64,000 bases of DNA, taken from Escherichia phage EAWsc9. The notes beneath the pieces are model-generated. The model was not told the origin of the DNA and did not search any database. It saw only the letters and a list, made by a program, of their open reading frames with translations. The stretch is from sequence record PQ341120.1; one strand, written 5' to 3'. How positions within the stretch are numbered: position 1 is the first letter of the stretch; each line of letters begins with the position of its first letter. Made by a program: the position numbers and the translations under genes. This document shows, one piece after another, positions 50,535 to 60,039 of the stretch.

Positions 50535-50791
50535 TATGCAACCTTATTGAACATCGCCAGTTGATTAGGTTGTACAACCATAATTTCACGACGGCCTTTT
50601 GCGTTTGACACGTTCAAGTAGATGCCTTTGTTCATGTCTGTTTCTTTATCATATACCGCAATTTTATTGACAGTAAAGATTTTACCACGAATATTTGTAA
50701 ATGCACATTCAAACGCTTCAGTCAGACCTGCTTCAGCAGCTTGAAGAGCAGACATTTCATATTGTTGGCCAATTTCAAAAGAAGTAATCAT
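50534..50791 (-). CDS. hypothetical protein, about 85 aa (track ORF 50534..50839 trimmed)
   Basis: GAGGATAAC SD. Confidence 0.5.
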   Translation of the reverse strand: MITSFEIGQQYEMSALQAAEAGLTEAFECAFTNIRGKIFTVNKIAVYDKETDMNKGIYLNVSNAKGRREIMVVQPNQLAMFNKVA

Positions 50792-50819
50792 TTTGTTATC
50801 CTCATCAGTAGTTGATGAG

Positions 50820-50855
50820 ATGATTATGTCTCTTTCCATTGGCCTTGTACACTAC
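50820..50855 (-). promoter_or_regulatory. T4-type early promoter
   Basis: minus-sense GTGTACAAGG ... GACATAATCA. Confidence 0.45.
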
Positions 50856-50858
50856 TTT

Positions 50859-51542
50859 TTATCGTTTTTTCGGTAAAGATAACGGGTCTGCATCTTCTTC
50901 GGAAGGAACTTCATCCAAACCAAGAGCATAGCGCTGGGCATACTTAAGCATCAAAATATCTTTCGCGCAGTCATGCACCGAATCATGCGCCACAAATCCA
51001 TCTAAAGTCCCCTTTGGTAATGGAGTTTCACACATCTTACGGACGAGTGATAGGGCTTCGATTGCTGTCCTGATATCTCGCTGGTTCCAGAATACAACCG
51101 GCTCCAGGCCATAGGTATTCAATTCACGCTCGGGAATACCCTCATTGCGCTGTAGGTCACGGATAAGGTCAACAAACAACGGGAAGTCAAAAGACATTCC
51201 ACGACACCACATAAGGCTTTCGTATTTGTTAATTCCATTACCATTCAGATAATCAATTGCCTGTTGGATACCGGTCAGAGTATCAACATCTTGCGCAGAA
51301 GGAGCCAAGTTAACACGGGCTTCTGCTGATTGCTTTTTCCACCAACCCATGGTTGTTGTATCGAACAGACGCTTACCTTTTTGGTATTCAAGGCTAAACT
51401 TGATACGTTTGCCGCGATTAACCAGGGTTTCGAATGATTCCACAATAGCAGGGTCAGATTCGAATGTAATCAGAGCCAGGTCAATAACGGCTCCCTTCGA
51501 GCCGTTTCCCAGAGTTTCAAAGTCAATAATAGCATCAATCAT
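50859..51542 (-). CDS. dexA: exonuclease A (DnaQ-like 3'-5' exonuclease)
   Basis: 227 aa; DEDD motif I IIDFETLG; same length as T4 DexA. Confidence 0.85.
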   Translation of the reverse strand: MIDAIIDFETLGNGSKGAVIDLALITFESDPAIVESFETLVNRGKRIKFSLEYQKGKRLFDTTTMGWWKKQSAEARVNLAPSAQDVDTLTGIQQAIDYLNGNGINKYESLMWCRGMSFDFPLFVDLIRDLQRNEGIPERELNTYGLEPVVFWNQRDIRTAIEALSLVRKMCETPLPKGTLDGFVAHDSVHDCAKDILMLKYAQRYALGLDEVPSEEDADPLSLPKKR

Positions 51543-51774
51543 CGCACATCTCTTTTAATTTCTGAATTTCACCAGCAACATAGTCGGAGATAAAAATCCC
51601 TGGCTCTTCATTGTTAAAATATTCAATCGCGGCCATACGTTTCCGAATAAGATTCAGTTCCAGCAAAACGTAATTACCCTGCACGACGATAGTCGGATTA
51701 TCTTCGAAAAATTCAACCGCGTCCTGAATACCATAGATAAGATTATCTAAATCTTCTTTATGTACTTTATACAT
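51535..51774 (-). CDS. hypothetical protein, about 79 aa (track ORF 51535..51810 trimmed)
   Basis: track ORF; trimmed start reduces overlap with dda. Confidence 0.5.
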   Translation of the reverse strand: MYKVHKEDLDNLIYGIQDAVEFFEDNPTIVVQGNYVLLELNLIRKRMAAIEYFNNEEPGIFISDYVAGEIQKLKEMCDD

Positions 51775-53095
51775 AATATGCGTCGTACCTCGCTCGTGTG
51801 ATTCCAACATAAGCCAACTGGCTCGCTAATGAAGCTTCGGCCATATGGATGCATGGAGTATAGATGAATGCTTTGTCCACTGAAACGCCTTGGGCCTTGT
51901 GGATTGTACTGACCGGAAGAGCACGGACTTTCAAGAAGGTCCTGCGCGCTTTCCAGAAGTCTTTCCACTCTGGACGTTTACCAGCGGCTTTCATCTGTTT
52001 GTATGTGTCAGCAACTTTCGCCAGATATGCCTGGAATTTTGGTTGCTGGTCTTCTGGTAAAACTTTGATGCGGTCAACCTGATATTCTTCATCTTCATCA
52101 ATTGACTCAACTTCCAGGTCCCAGTAATTAATCACTAACTGGTGCGATTCGCCTTTACAACGGAGAATGGTGGAAGTGTATTTGCAATCCTTGATGCGAA
52201 CCAACTGACCATTATTAAAAATGGTTTCGCTGAATTTCTTACCTTCAAATTCCAGCTCTTTCATGTGCGGCTCTTGCATAACCAGGACTTCATACGGTAA
52301 AAATGCTTTATCCGTTTCATAGAGCTTGCGACGAATAATATTGTTCAGTTTTTCAACTGATTTATTCGTGTATGCATACATCCTGTTTTCCATCAACATA
52401 TCAGCATCTTTTACAATACTGAAATAGTTTACCATGAAATCCTTTAAAGCGGTTTGTGAGGTGAAACCTTGCACGCCATGGCCTTCATACATACAGTCGC
52501 GAAACCAACCCCCATTACGAATTTCTGTCGCCACTTCAATGATAGGAGCATTACTTCGCATGACCTCAGTCAGATGAATCTGTTTGAACTTAGGATGCGT
52601 AAAGAATGGGCTTATCTTTTGCTGTGTGCTTCCCGGGTCAACTGGCTGCAGCTGGTGCATATCACCAATTCCAAGAATAGTGCACCATTCAGGAACAGAG
52701 TTAAGAATAATCTTAAACAGAGACCCGTCATACATACTTGCTTCATCACAAACCAGAACATTGCATTTTGACATGTCAGGCATTTCGCGCTGTTCAAAAA
52801 CGTTTTGGTCTTCATATGTCGTTGGGTTAATCTTCAAGATACTATGGATTGTATTCGCTGTTTGACCAGACAATTTAGATAAAACTTTTTTCGCCTGGTG
52901 AGTTGGTGCAGCAAGCACAATTCCCATAACTCCATTACGCACTAAGTGGTCAATGACAAATTTTGTCAGAGTGGTCTTACCTGTGCCAGCTGGACCATTC
53001 AGAGTGATACATTCCCCTGAACGTCGCTGAATAGCTTCAGTAATATAATCAAAAGCTTCTTTTTGTCCTGTGTTCAAGTCTTCAAATTTAATCAT
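51767..53095 (-). CDS. dda: Dda DNA helicase (SF1B)
   Basis: 442 aa; Walker A NGPAGTGKTTLTKF, LAAPTH.AKK.LSKLSG, C-terminus FIYTPCIH match T4 Dda. Confidence 0.95.
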   Translation of the reverse strand: MIKFEDLNTGQKEAFDYITEAIQRRSGECITLNGPAGTGKTTLTKFVIDHLVRNGVMGIVLAAPTHQAKKVLSKLSGQTANTIHSILKINPTTYEDQNVFEQREMPDMSKCNVLVCDEASMYDGSLFKIILNSVPEWCTILGIGDMHQLQPVDPGSTQQKISPFFTHPKFKQIHLTEVMRSNAPIIEVATEIRNGGWFRDCMYEGHGVQGFTSQTALKDFMVNYFSIVKDADMLMENRMYAYTNKSVEKLNNIIRRKLYETDKAFLPYEVLVMQEPHMKELEFEGKKFSETIFNNGQLVRIKDCKYTSTILRCKGESHQLVINYWDLEVESIDEDEEYQVDRIKVLPEDQQPKFQAYLAKVADTYKQMKAAGKRPEWKDFWKARRTFLKVRALPVSTIHKAQGVSVDKAFIYTPCIHMAEASLASQLAYVGITRARYDAYYV

Positions 53096-53391
53096 GCCAA
53101 TTTTACTCGCTTAACATATAAAGTATCTAAAATTAATTTCAATTCTCGTGCGTGTTCTTCAGTAGGAAAAACAGTTTTTGTTTCCCACTTATCAAACCAC
53201 CATTTTCTAGGTGTGCATACTGTTTCAATACGTCCCATGCGTAAATAGCGGCTTGTAGTATATGAATAGTTGGCAAGTTCATATTCTGCGCCCACTTTTG
53301 TGGTGTATAAGGTAACCTTTCCATCATACTCCAATGGGTGTTCAAAACCATCTTTATCTTTGTGGACCAGCACATATGCGTAGTACATCAC
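53092..53391 (-). CDS. hypothetical protein, 99 aa
   Basis: track ORF. Confidence 0.55.
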   Translation of the reverse strand: MMYYAYVLVHKDKDGFEHPLEYDGKVTLYTTKVGAEYELANYSYTTSRYLRMGRIETVCTPRKWWFDKWETKTVFPTEEHARELKLILDTLYVKRVKLA

Positions 53392-53392
53392 A

Positions 53393-54136
53393 TTAACCTC
53401 TAATCAGTTTAAAAATTGACGCGTTCAAAGGCAGACCACGTTTCAGTTTAAGGCGGTCAATGAATGACAACTTATCTAAACGCTCCAGACCTTGAATAAT
53501 TTTATCATACATATCGTAACGCGTTTCAGCGTCAGATGATTTCATTTTCAGACGCCAGTCAGGACCACCCATAACCATTTTCAACCCACGTTGACTAGTT
53601 CCGATGGAAGCCATTTGTCCATGGATACGAGCCTTGACTGCAATCACAGAAGGGGTGGTATCTTTAGCGCCACTTTTATAAAGCTCTTTTAAATGTTTTT
53701 GACGCTTCTTGATTCCACGTTCGGTATCTTTAATATTTTTAACAATTTTGCGAATTTTATAATAGTCAGCGGGAGTTACTTTAAAACTATTGGGCATCTT
53801 AGAACCGCCATTAATACGCACCGCCAAACGAGTCTGTGCACGTTTAAGTTCATCAAGAGATAAATCAGCACGTAAACCGTTGTACTTAGTTTTGACAGGG
53901 ATAACATTGCCTTCAATATAACCTATATCATTGTTAAAGCGTTCAAAGGAAACTTTATCTTGAGTTGAATTTTCATCAAAACGTTCACCAGAATACGCAC
54001 AGAATTCTTGTTTCAAAAGATTGGCGATATACTTACTGGACAGATTGAAATCCTTGTTACGACGTTTTGCAGACGTTTTGGTATGCTCGCGACGTTTGTA
54101 AACTTTTAATTCAAACTCTTCTTTTGACATATTCAT
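53393..54136 (-). CDS. hypothetical basic protein, 247 aa (possibly Srd-like by position)
   Basis: track ORF; position after dda. Confidence 0.5.
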   Translation of the reverse strand: MNMSKEEFELKVYKRREHTKTSAKRRNKDFNLSSKYIANLLKQEFCAYSGERFDENSTQDKVSFERFNNDIGYIEGNVIPVKTKYNGLRADLSLDELKRAQTRLAVRINGGSKMPNSFKVTPADYYKIRKIVKNIKDTERGIKKRQKHLKELYKSGAKDTTPSVIAVKARIHGQMASIGTSQRGLKMVMGGPDWRLKMKSSDAETRYDMYDKIIQGLERLDKLSFIDRLKLKRGLPLNASIFKLIRG

Positions 54137-54179
54137 GATATTTTTCTCATCTTACGGACGATTTGGTAACTCAGTATGA

Positions 54180-54215
54180 AATTATTATACACTGTTCATC
54201 TTTCATGTACACTAC
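54180..54215 (-). promoter_or_regulatory. T4-type early promoter
   Basis: minus-sense GTGTACATG ... GTATAATAAT. Confidence 0.5.
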
Positions 54216-54271
54216 TTTTTCACCTTTAACGCTTTTATTTTTATTGTGTATAATGGTTCTAAGGTCTTTGG

Positions 54272-54886
54272 TTAGTTCAAAACAGTTAAATGCCAAACAG
54301 TATACAGGTTATTCAATGGGTGTGTTTCAATTAAGTCTACGCGAAGCGTAGTCCCAGCGGGAAACATAAACTCATCCTCATCATTAACCAGGTGTAAGTT
54401 TGACTTCCTGGTTGCTTCTGGATATGCACCATTGAACTCTTCAGGAGGAGCACCACAAATCATTTTGAAGATTGCTTCCTGATAGTTATACGCATATGGT
54501 GCATTGTTTATACAGAAAATGTTCCTTGTGCCATAGAAACTGTATGATGCGAAATTTCTTGCAACTTGCCAGTCCCTGGAAAAACTCATTACACGATTGA
54601 ATTCAATTGTTGCACCAACATATCTTAAATCTTCCAGGTATTCCATGGTTTTCTTTGATATACCACGGAACAATGCTGCCGGCGGTGCAGTATTCAGATT
54701 GTTGCGGATAATCCTGGACAAGTCTTCTTGAATCAGGTCAGGTTTATTTTCCATACACTGCCAGAGTACTGATTGCTCATTATCTGTGTAAAGAGCATCA
54801 ATCTCCGCTTGACATTGGTTACGAAAAGACTCACTAGAAGCGGCAGTGTCAATAATTCCATTCAAAACGTCATCAGTGTACAGCAT
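54272..54886 (-). CDS. modA: ADP-ribosyltransferase of the ModA/ModB family (R-S-E type)
   Basis: LFRG...MSFS...EDEFMFP motifs; modA vs modB assignment is by position only. Confidence 0.7.
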   Translation of the reverse strand: MLYTDDVLNGIIDTAASSESFRNQCQAEIDALYTDNEQSVLWQCMENKPDLIQEDLSRIIRNNLNTAPPAALFRGISKKTMEYLEDLRYVGATIEFNRVMSFSRDWQVARNFASYSFYGTRNIFCINNAPYAYNYQEAIFKMICGAPPEEFNGAYPEATRKSNLHLVNDEDEFMFPAGTTLRVDLIETHPLNNLYTVWHLTVLN

Positions 54887-54930
54887 TTTATTATCCTCAT
54901 CAGTAGTTGATAGGAACATCTTAACGTGTC

Positions 54931-55491
54931 TTATTGCTCTTGTACACAGTCAAGAACATAATAATCATCAATAAATCCAGCATCAACTACCACGAATTTC
55001 TGGTCAACTGGAACAAACCATTCAAGCTCAGAATCAATCATGTCCATGTATTCTTCGCGCCTTAATGTAGCTGCCCGGGCGGAACCAGAAGCTGTATTGA
55101 AGAATTCCAGTGGAACGTCAAGCGCAATTTTGCGCATCGCATCATGGTAGCAAAAAGCTTTGGTCTGATTCAATCTGACGATAGTCCTAGTCACATATTC
55201 CATTGCAGCAAAATCCCTGGCAATACCATAGTCTTCTGTAAAGGAGGTTACCCGTCCAAATTCAAAAGGTTGCATTGATTCTTTTGCTTCATCTAATAAA
55301 TCAATCTCTTGCTGGGTTACTCCGCGCCACAAGACTGTATCGGGTATAGACAACCTTGACTTGATGATTGAGTTGACATTTGAATGCAAGGTCTTATCAA
55401 CCTTTGATGTACGGCATTCAAATAATGAAGCTATCTCCATTTCACTAAATTTTAACTGGTTGGGTTCGGTATCAGATTTGATGATGTTCAT
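54931..55491 (-). CDS. modB: second ADP-ribosyltransferase of the ModA/ModB family
   Basis: LWRG...VTSFT...ELEWFVP motifs; tandem paralogue of the previous gene. Confidence 0.7.
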   Translation of the reverse strand: MNIIKSDTEPNQLKFSEMEIASLFECRTSKVDKTLHSNVNSIIKSRLSIPDTVLWRGVTQQEIDLLDEAKESMQPFEFGRVTSFTEDYGIARDFAAMEYVTRTIVRLNQTKAFCYHDAMRKIALDVPLEFFNTASGSARAATLRREEYMDMIDSELEWFVPVDQKFVVVDAGFIDDYYVLDCVQEQ

Positions 55492-55547
55492 AATGGCCTC
55501 TCTGTTGTAAGAAAGGTCATTATGTCATTAGGAGGGGAGTAAGTAAA

Positions 55548-55796
55548 CTACTTAAATACTCCAAGTGGGACGCCAAAGACTGCAATGTCTACGGCCATGC
55601 CAATCGGAGATTGATATGATGGGGATTGATATGATGAGTAAGAACTTTTCGATTCTGTTGGGCGTTCGACTTTAATTGTCTCGGATTTAGTCTTAAGCCT
55701 TTGTAAACGATTATTTTTTTGTTGCTCGATTTCCTTATGAGCATGTTTACGGTCGATATCCAGCGCCGATGTGGGAATATTTGTTAACCAGTTCAT
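55548..55796 (-). CDS. hypothetical protein with Ser/Tyr-rich segment, about 82 aa (track ORF 55548..55817 trimmed)
   Basis: ATGA overlap with the upstream small ORF. Confidence 0.45.
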   Translation of the reverse strand: MNWLTNIPTSALDIDRKHAHKEIEQQKNNRLQRLKTKSETIKVERPTESKSSYSSYQSPSYQSPIGMAVDIAVFGVPLGVFK

Positions 55797-55972
55797 TGTT
55801 TCACCCATGGTGCCCATGGAGGTGGGTCGTCGTAATATGAGGCCAGGTCGCGTAGAACTTCCAAGGGGAGGCTAAAACCGTGCTTCTGTATAATCGCATC
55901 AAGTTCGTCAACTAGGTCCACACGGGCTTCCGTAGGAGCTTTAGGCTCTTCAAAAAGTTCAAATAAATCCAT
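55793..55972 (-). CDS. acidic protein, 59 aa
   Basis: TAATG and ATGA coupling to both neighbours; below track cutoff. Confidence 0.45.
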   Translation of the reverse strand: MDLFELFEEPKAPTEARVDLVDELDAIIQKHGFSLPLEVLRDLASYYDDPPPWAPWVKQ

Positions 55973-56454
55973 TAGTATCCACCGATAGGGCCGTAACCAT
56001 ACATACGAGCGCGCATCTTAGTATCGTGCAGAGCTTCTTCTGTTAAAGTAAAGCGCAGACCAATATCAAAGTGTTTCCAAATCTGACGTTCGACTTCAGC
56101 AAGGTCGTCGGTGGTGGAAATCAGATATGTGCGACCTTGAAGACGTTCAGTGGCCATTTTATCTCTATCTTTATAGAAAATGGTATCTTCGCCATAAAGG
56201 TCTGGGTGACGATAGCCTTTGATGTGCAGAGCTTCGGAAACAGTAAACGGGCACCCTTCGGCAACATTAACGTTTTTTCTATGAAATACCTTCAGCATAA
56301 CGTTTTCTGGCATCGTCAGGTTCATTAATTTTGTTTCCAATGCAGTGACCGAATCCATGCCATTGTAAACCATGATAAGGCATGCGGTAGCATCGTAAGG
56401 TCGTGTTTGACCTGCCGAATCACGGACATAGAATTCTAATTCATATACTTTCAT
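55972..56454 (-). CDS. hypothetical protein, 160 aa (possibly Mrh-like by position)
   Basis: track ORF. Confidence 0.55.
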   Translation of the reverse strand: MKVYELEFYVRDSAGQTRPYDATACLIMVYNGMDSVTALETKLMNLTMPENVMLKVFHRKNVNVAEGCPFTVSEALHIKGYRHPDLYGEDTIFYKDRDKMATERLQGRTYLISTTDDLAEVERQIWKHFDIGLRFTLTEEALHDTKMRARMYGYGPIGGY

Positions 56455-56600
56455 AATGTTTTCCTCTTACCAACTAATGGACCATCAGGAACTTTATTTT
56501 CCTTGATGTACTTTTCGTTTTCTTCCATCATTTTACTGCCAATTTTCAAAAGCAAATCCAGTGCTTCTTTTGCTCGGCGTTCAGCATCTTCTTGTGTCAT
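56451..56600 (-). CDS. hypothetical protein, 49 aa
   Basis: ATGA overlaps at both ends. Confidence 0.4.
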   Translation of the reverse strand: MTQEDAERRAKEALDLLLKIGSKMMEENEKYIKENKVPDGPLVGKRKTL

Positions 56601-56791
56601 GATTTATCTCCGTAGATATCACGCATCAGTTTAAGCGCTGCTCGTTCGGTCTTCTTTTCCTGCATGGCTTTAAGCCCGTTAACGGCCCATTCTTCAGCTT
56701 CACGTTGCATTTCTTCCTCGGCTTTGGCCACCCAGGAATCATCAATCCCTGGAGTAACCAACCAATCTTTAAGCCAACTTGTAATTCTCAT
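56597..56791 (-). CDS. hypothetical protein, 64 aa
   Basis: track ORF. Confidence 0.5.
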   Translation of the reverse strand: MRITSWLKDWLVTPGIDDSWVAKAEEEMQREAEEWAVNGLKAMQEKKTERAALKLMRDIYGDKS

Positions 56792-57133
56792 TTAATCACA
56801 CGAGCTGGAAGACGAATCACAGCTTCCCGAATCATAGGAGGAATAAGACGAATCACCGGTCCACGAACTAACTGCGGCAGCGGTGACCACAATCGAAGTA
56901 GTATCGATACTACTTTGCGCTTGGACTCTTTGTTCTTGCAGTCGAGTTAAACGTTTTTGTAAGTCTTCTTCTGACATTGTAGAATATAGGTCTTTTGATT
57001 TCGATTTGACCACTTCTTCCATCATGCCGTCACCCATGTAAGTATATTCTCTTAGCTTAACATCCGGCAGGCTAACTGGAACCACGCCCTCGTTTGGTTT
57101 AGTCTTGAATAAATTCTTGAGCCAACTAATCAT
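56792..57133 (-). CDS. hypothetical protein, 113 aa, with Ser/Cys-rich low-complexity C-terminus
   Basis: track ORF; tail SSYSSYDSGSCDSSSSSCD. Confidence 0.5.
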   Translation of the reverse strand: MISWLKNLFKTKPNEGVVPVSLPDVKLREYTYMGDGMMEEVVKSKSKDLYSTMSEEDLQKRLTRLQEQRVQAQSSIDTTSIVVTAAAVSSWTGDSSYSSYDSGSCDSSSSSCD

Positions 57134-57327
57134 AGGAAACCTCGTTTAAATTCAACTTGACCATCATCATAACGGATTTCAATATTGAATTCTAAAGAGT
57201 CATCGTCATGCATCATGAATGAATGTACGATAACTTCATCAAACACACCCAGACCATACTTAAAATGGACATCATGCGCAATAATTTCATCTAAAGCTTT
57301 GTTTGGTTTAATCCAACGGTTTAACAT
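57130..57327 (-). CDS. hypothetical protein, 65 aa
   Basis: track ORF. Confidence 0.5.
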   Translation of the reverse strand: MLNRWIKPNKALDEIIAHDVHFKYGLGVFDEVIVHSFMMHDDDSLEFNIEIRYDDGQVEFKRGFL

Positions 57328-57344
57328 AGTATTCTCCTCTGTAA

Positions 57345-57380
57345 TTGAAATAATTATACCGCTTCTATTAAAAGCAAAAA
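57345..57380 (-). promoter_or_regulatory. candidate MotA-dependent middle promoter
   Basis: minus-sense TTTGCTTTTA then GGTATAAT about 12 bp downstream. Confidence 0.4.
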
Positions 57381-57400
57381 GGGACTCCGAAGAGTCCCTA
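57378..57400 (-). terminator. rho-independent terminator after soc; hairpin 18-mer identical to the one at 1617..1634
   Basis: GGGACTC-CGAA-GAGTCCC plus T-run in minus sense. Confidence 0.7.
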
Positions 57401-57403
57401 TAA

Positions 57404-57637
57404 TTAAACTACTGGGGTAGGCGTAAACATCGCCGCGTTCTTAGTTCGCCAATCAGCTGCACTAGACGCTACGGTGACATAAGCGGCCTTTTCGGAAGGA
57501 AAAGTCTGATAGTGTGCATTCGCAATACGATGCTCATTTGAATAGATTTCAAACGGAACAGATACTTCAACACCTTTAACTTCTTTACCTTCACCAGCTG
57601 GATGCGTAAAGGTTTTGATATTAACGAAACCACCCAT
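57404..57637 (-). CDS. soc: small outer capsid protein Soc
   Basis: 77 aa; GYVNIKTF and AHYQTFPSEKAAY match T4 Soc; late promoter upstream. Confidence 0.9.
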   Translation of the reverse strand: MGGFVNIKTFTHPAGEGKEVKGVEVSVPFEIYSNEHRIANAHYQTFPSEKAAYVTVASSAADWRTKNAAMFTPTPVV

Positions 57638-57668
57638 AATTAACTCCTTTGTTGTTTAATTACGGGTG

Positions 57669-57676
57669 TATTTATA
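57669..57676 (-). promoter_or_regulatory. late promoter TATAAATA for soc
   Basis: minus-sense GTTATAAATACA about 30 nt upstream of the soc ATG. Confidence 0.6.
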
Positions 57677-57678
57677 AC

Positions 57679-58197
57679 TTAATAACCCCGGTCCTGACGA
57701 GCGAAGTTTTCAGCATTTTTCAGGTAATACAGTTTAAAGATTTCTTCTGCTGACAGACCAAGACCATGGAACATGTTCAGAACAAAGTGCAGGATGTCAA
57801 TCATCTCAAATTTAATTTCGAGCTGGTCTTCAGGAGACAACTCATCAATACGACGATTACGGAATTCAGCATGTTGGGCTTTCCACGGTTTCCAACAACT
57901 TGAGGCTGCTTTCTCGCCATTAGACATACCCCCGAGAGAAGTCAGAAGTTCACGGAATTCATCATCGACATAATCTTTCTGGTTGCGAAGCCATGCAACA
58001 ACATCACCTGCAGTAGCCAATTCATCTGGATGTGAGTTATATTCAGGTTTTTCGGTAGCCAGACGAACTTGCAATGATTTCTGCATATCAAGCATAATCT
58101 GCAGCGGGTCAATACCTTTTGTAATTGCATTGTCATAAGCCAGAGCAGCTTTATCAACGCCAGCAATCAGTTGTGAACATTCATTAAAATGAGCCAT
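57679..58197 (-). CDS. 56: dCTPase/dUTPase gp56 (MazG-like)
   Basis: MAHFNEC..LI.GVDKA, ETAGDVV.W.R.QKD..DDEFRELLTSLG, EDQLEIKFE..DI.HFVLNMF.GLG..AEEIFKLYYLKN.ENFARQDRGY match T4 gp56; ATG with AAGGAAA SD (track starts at a TTG). Confidence 0.93.
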   Translation of the reverse strand: MAHFNECSQLIAGVDKAALAYDNAITKGIDPLQIMLDMQKSLQVRLATEKPEYNSHPDELATAGDVVAWLRNQKDYVDDEFRELLTSLGGMSNGEKAASSCWKPWKAQHAEFRNRRIDELSPEDQLEIKFEMIDILHFVLNMFHGLGLSAEEIFKLYYLKNAENFARQDRGY

Positions 58198-58282
58198 TAT
58201 ATTTTTCCTTATCAATTCATGTTATTTTGTATGTTAATTATATCATATTGGTTTGAAGCATAAATACACGGAAGGAGGATAT

Positions 58283-58480
58283 ATGCTCAAACTATCTAGT
58301 CTAATTCAAGCCATCAAAGGCAGTCGTAAGCGAACGATTCTGGTCCTTTCGATACTCTGTTTAGTTCTACTCTGGAACTTCGTTGTTGCCCCTGTTGCAT
58401 TGACACATGGTGTTATATTACCAGTCATTGCACTCGAATCAGTTGTAGATATTTTACTGGCATTAATCGGCCTTATATAG
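58283..58480 (+). CDS. plus-strand small membrane protein, 65 aa, 2 predicted TM helices
   Basis: AGGAGG SD 6 nt before ATG; CATAAATA late-promoter-like element about 17 nt upstream. Confidence 0.5.
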   Translation: MLKLSSLIQAIKGSRKRTILVLSILCLVLLWNFVVAPVALTHGVILPVIALESVVDILLALIGLI

Positions 58481-58598
58481 ATGGAATAATATTCACATTA
58501 TTCCATCGGATTTGGAAATTAACCAGTAAAAAAGACAAGAAACATCATGGGCTTTTTAGCTCTTGATGTTTTTCTGCGGAACTTACCGGAATTCCTTC

Positions 58599-59627
58599 CT
58601 AAACTTTTGCGTACTTCGAAAGTCGCATTCTCGCCATCAACCCTTGAGCAACGTTATCGGCCATATATGATTCGATTTGTTCAGGGGTTGCGCCCTCCGA
58701 TTTAACCATCTCATTTATGTCTTTCGTATGCCATGGTGCATTGTCCCAGAACATAACGGCTTCACCCGCTTCAACGAGCTTCTTCATACGTTTAATCGTA
58801 TCCGGATGTCTTGGCTCGTTGTCCATTACCCATACTCGGGTTTCAGCATAAGGAACGGCTTCCAATGCTAATGTTCCACCGGTTATCGCAATGCTGTTAG
58901 GGATAAACAAACTATCAATCGGACCTTCCATTACCCACACGCGCTTGCGCTCATCAATCTTGTCTACGCCATAGACTTTGGAAGCTTCTGGGTGAGCTTT
59001 GATTGTGATATATTTTTGTGGTGCATCTTTGCGAAGAGCTCGTCCTTGGAAAGATTCGATTTCTTTTTTGCCGTTGAAGATAGGAATAACCAAGCGTGGT
59101 TCATTCGTTTCATTCTTATACGTCCCAGGATTAACGGAGTTAACTAATGCAGGCCATTTGTTTGTAAACCATAACCGGTTCCAAACATTGCTCGGAATAC
59201 ACCGACTTTTTACATACTTAACTATCGGATGCTCTTCTGGTAAAGTATCGATTCTTTCGCAAAAAGCAAGCTCTTCAATAACCGGAGTTTTTTCTGGTTC
59301 TTTCGGAGCTTCTGCAACTTCATTACGTTGTCGACCGAAAGCATTCTCCTTATACTTCTCAACCATATATTCCCGGTGCAAATCCGGCTCAAACTCTTTT
59401 ATGTATTTGCTTATATGCGTGGAGTAGTCACAGTTAAAACATTTCACGTAAACCGCACCATCAGACGGATTGGTATACGCCCAGAATCGGGCCTTGTGTG
59501 AATCTTTCTGGGAGTCACCACAAACCTTGCAACGACAGTTTGCCTTAAATGTGCTCCCGGTGACTTCTCTATAACGTGGTTGATACGATAAAGCTCTAAC
59601 TGCAAATTCTCTATCAATATATGACAT
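58599..59627 (-). CDS. 61: DNA primase gp61
   Basis: 342 aa; N-terminal zinc ribbon (CRCKVCGDS...CFNCDYS) plus toprim core; same length as T4 gp61. Confidence 0.9.
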   Translation of the reverse strand: MSYIDREFAVRALSYQPRYREVTGSTFKANCRCKVCGDSQKDSHKARFWAYTNPSDGAVYVKCFNCDYSTHISKYIKEFEPDLHREYMVEKYKENAFGRQRNEVAEAPKEPEKTPVIEELAFCERIDTLPEEHPIVKYVKSRCIPSNVWNRLWFTNKWPALVNSVNPGTYKNETNEPRLVIPIFNGKKEIESFQGRALRKDAPQKYITIKAHPEASKVYGVDKIDERKRVWVMEGPIDSLFIPNSIAITGGTLALEAVPYAETRVWVMDNEPRHPDTIKRMKKLVEAGEAVMFWDNAPWHTKDINEMVKSEGATPEQIESYMADNVAQGLMARMRLSKYAKV

Positions 59628-59659
59628 AGTTTCCTCATTTCAATGGCCCCGAAGGACCA

Positions 59660-59827
59660 TTATACTGTAGGTTTATCGTCTTTATTCTTACGCTTTTTTG
59701 ATGGGATTTGTTCAGGGCCTTTATTGACAACTGCCCCGGAAGTGGTACCTGTTGCGATATTAGTTGGGTTTCCACCTGCATCACCGGCAACCATATCTTC
59801 ATTGATAAAATCTTTGAATGTTTTCAT
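59660..59827 (-). CDS. hypothetical protein, 55 aa
   Basis: ATG to TAA; below track cutoff. Confidence 0.4.
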   Translation of the reverse strand: MKTFKDFINEDMVAGDAGGNPTNIATGTTSGAVVNKGPEQIPSKKRKNKDDKPTV

Positions 59828-59846
59828 AACACCCCCTTTCCGCTAT

Positions 59847-60038
59847 TTATACAACGAAGATAGCTTTATCGCCATTTGCATCAGTCACTTCATAGGTGTC
59901 TTCATGATACAACGGAATAATCCAGGTAACACCATCATCAGCGATAACATGGATTGCTTCTTGGTCTTGCGACACGATTTCATATTCTTCAAAAATCTGG
60001 AAGACCGAAATCTTAGAGCCCGTACACATTGCAGTCAT
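59847..60038 (-). CDS. hypothetical acidic protein, 63 aa
   Basis: track ORF. Confidence 0.5.
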   Translation of the reverse strand: MTAMCTGSKISVFQIFEEYEIVSQDQEAIHVIADDGVTWIIPLYHEDTYEVTDANGDKAIFVV

Positions 60039-60039
60039 A

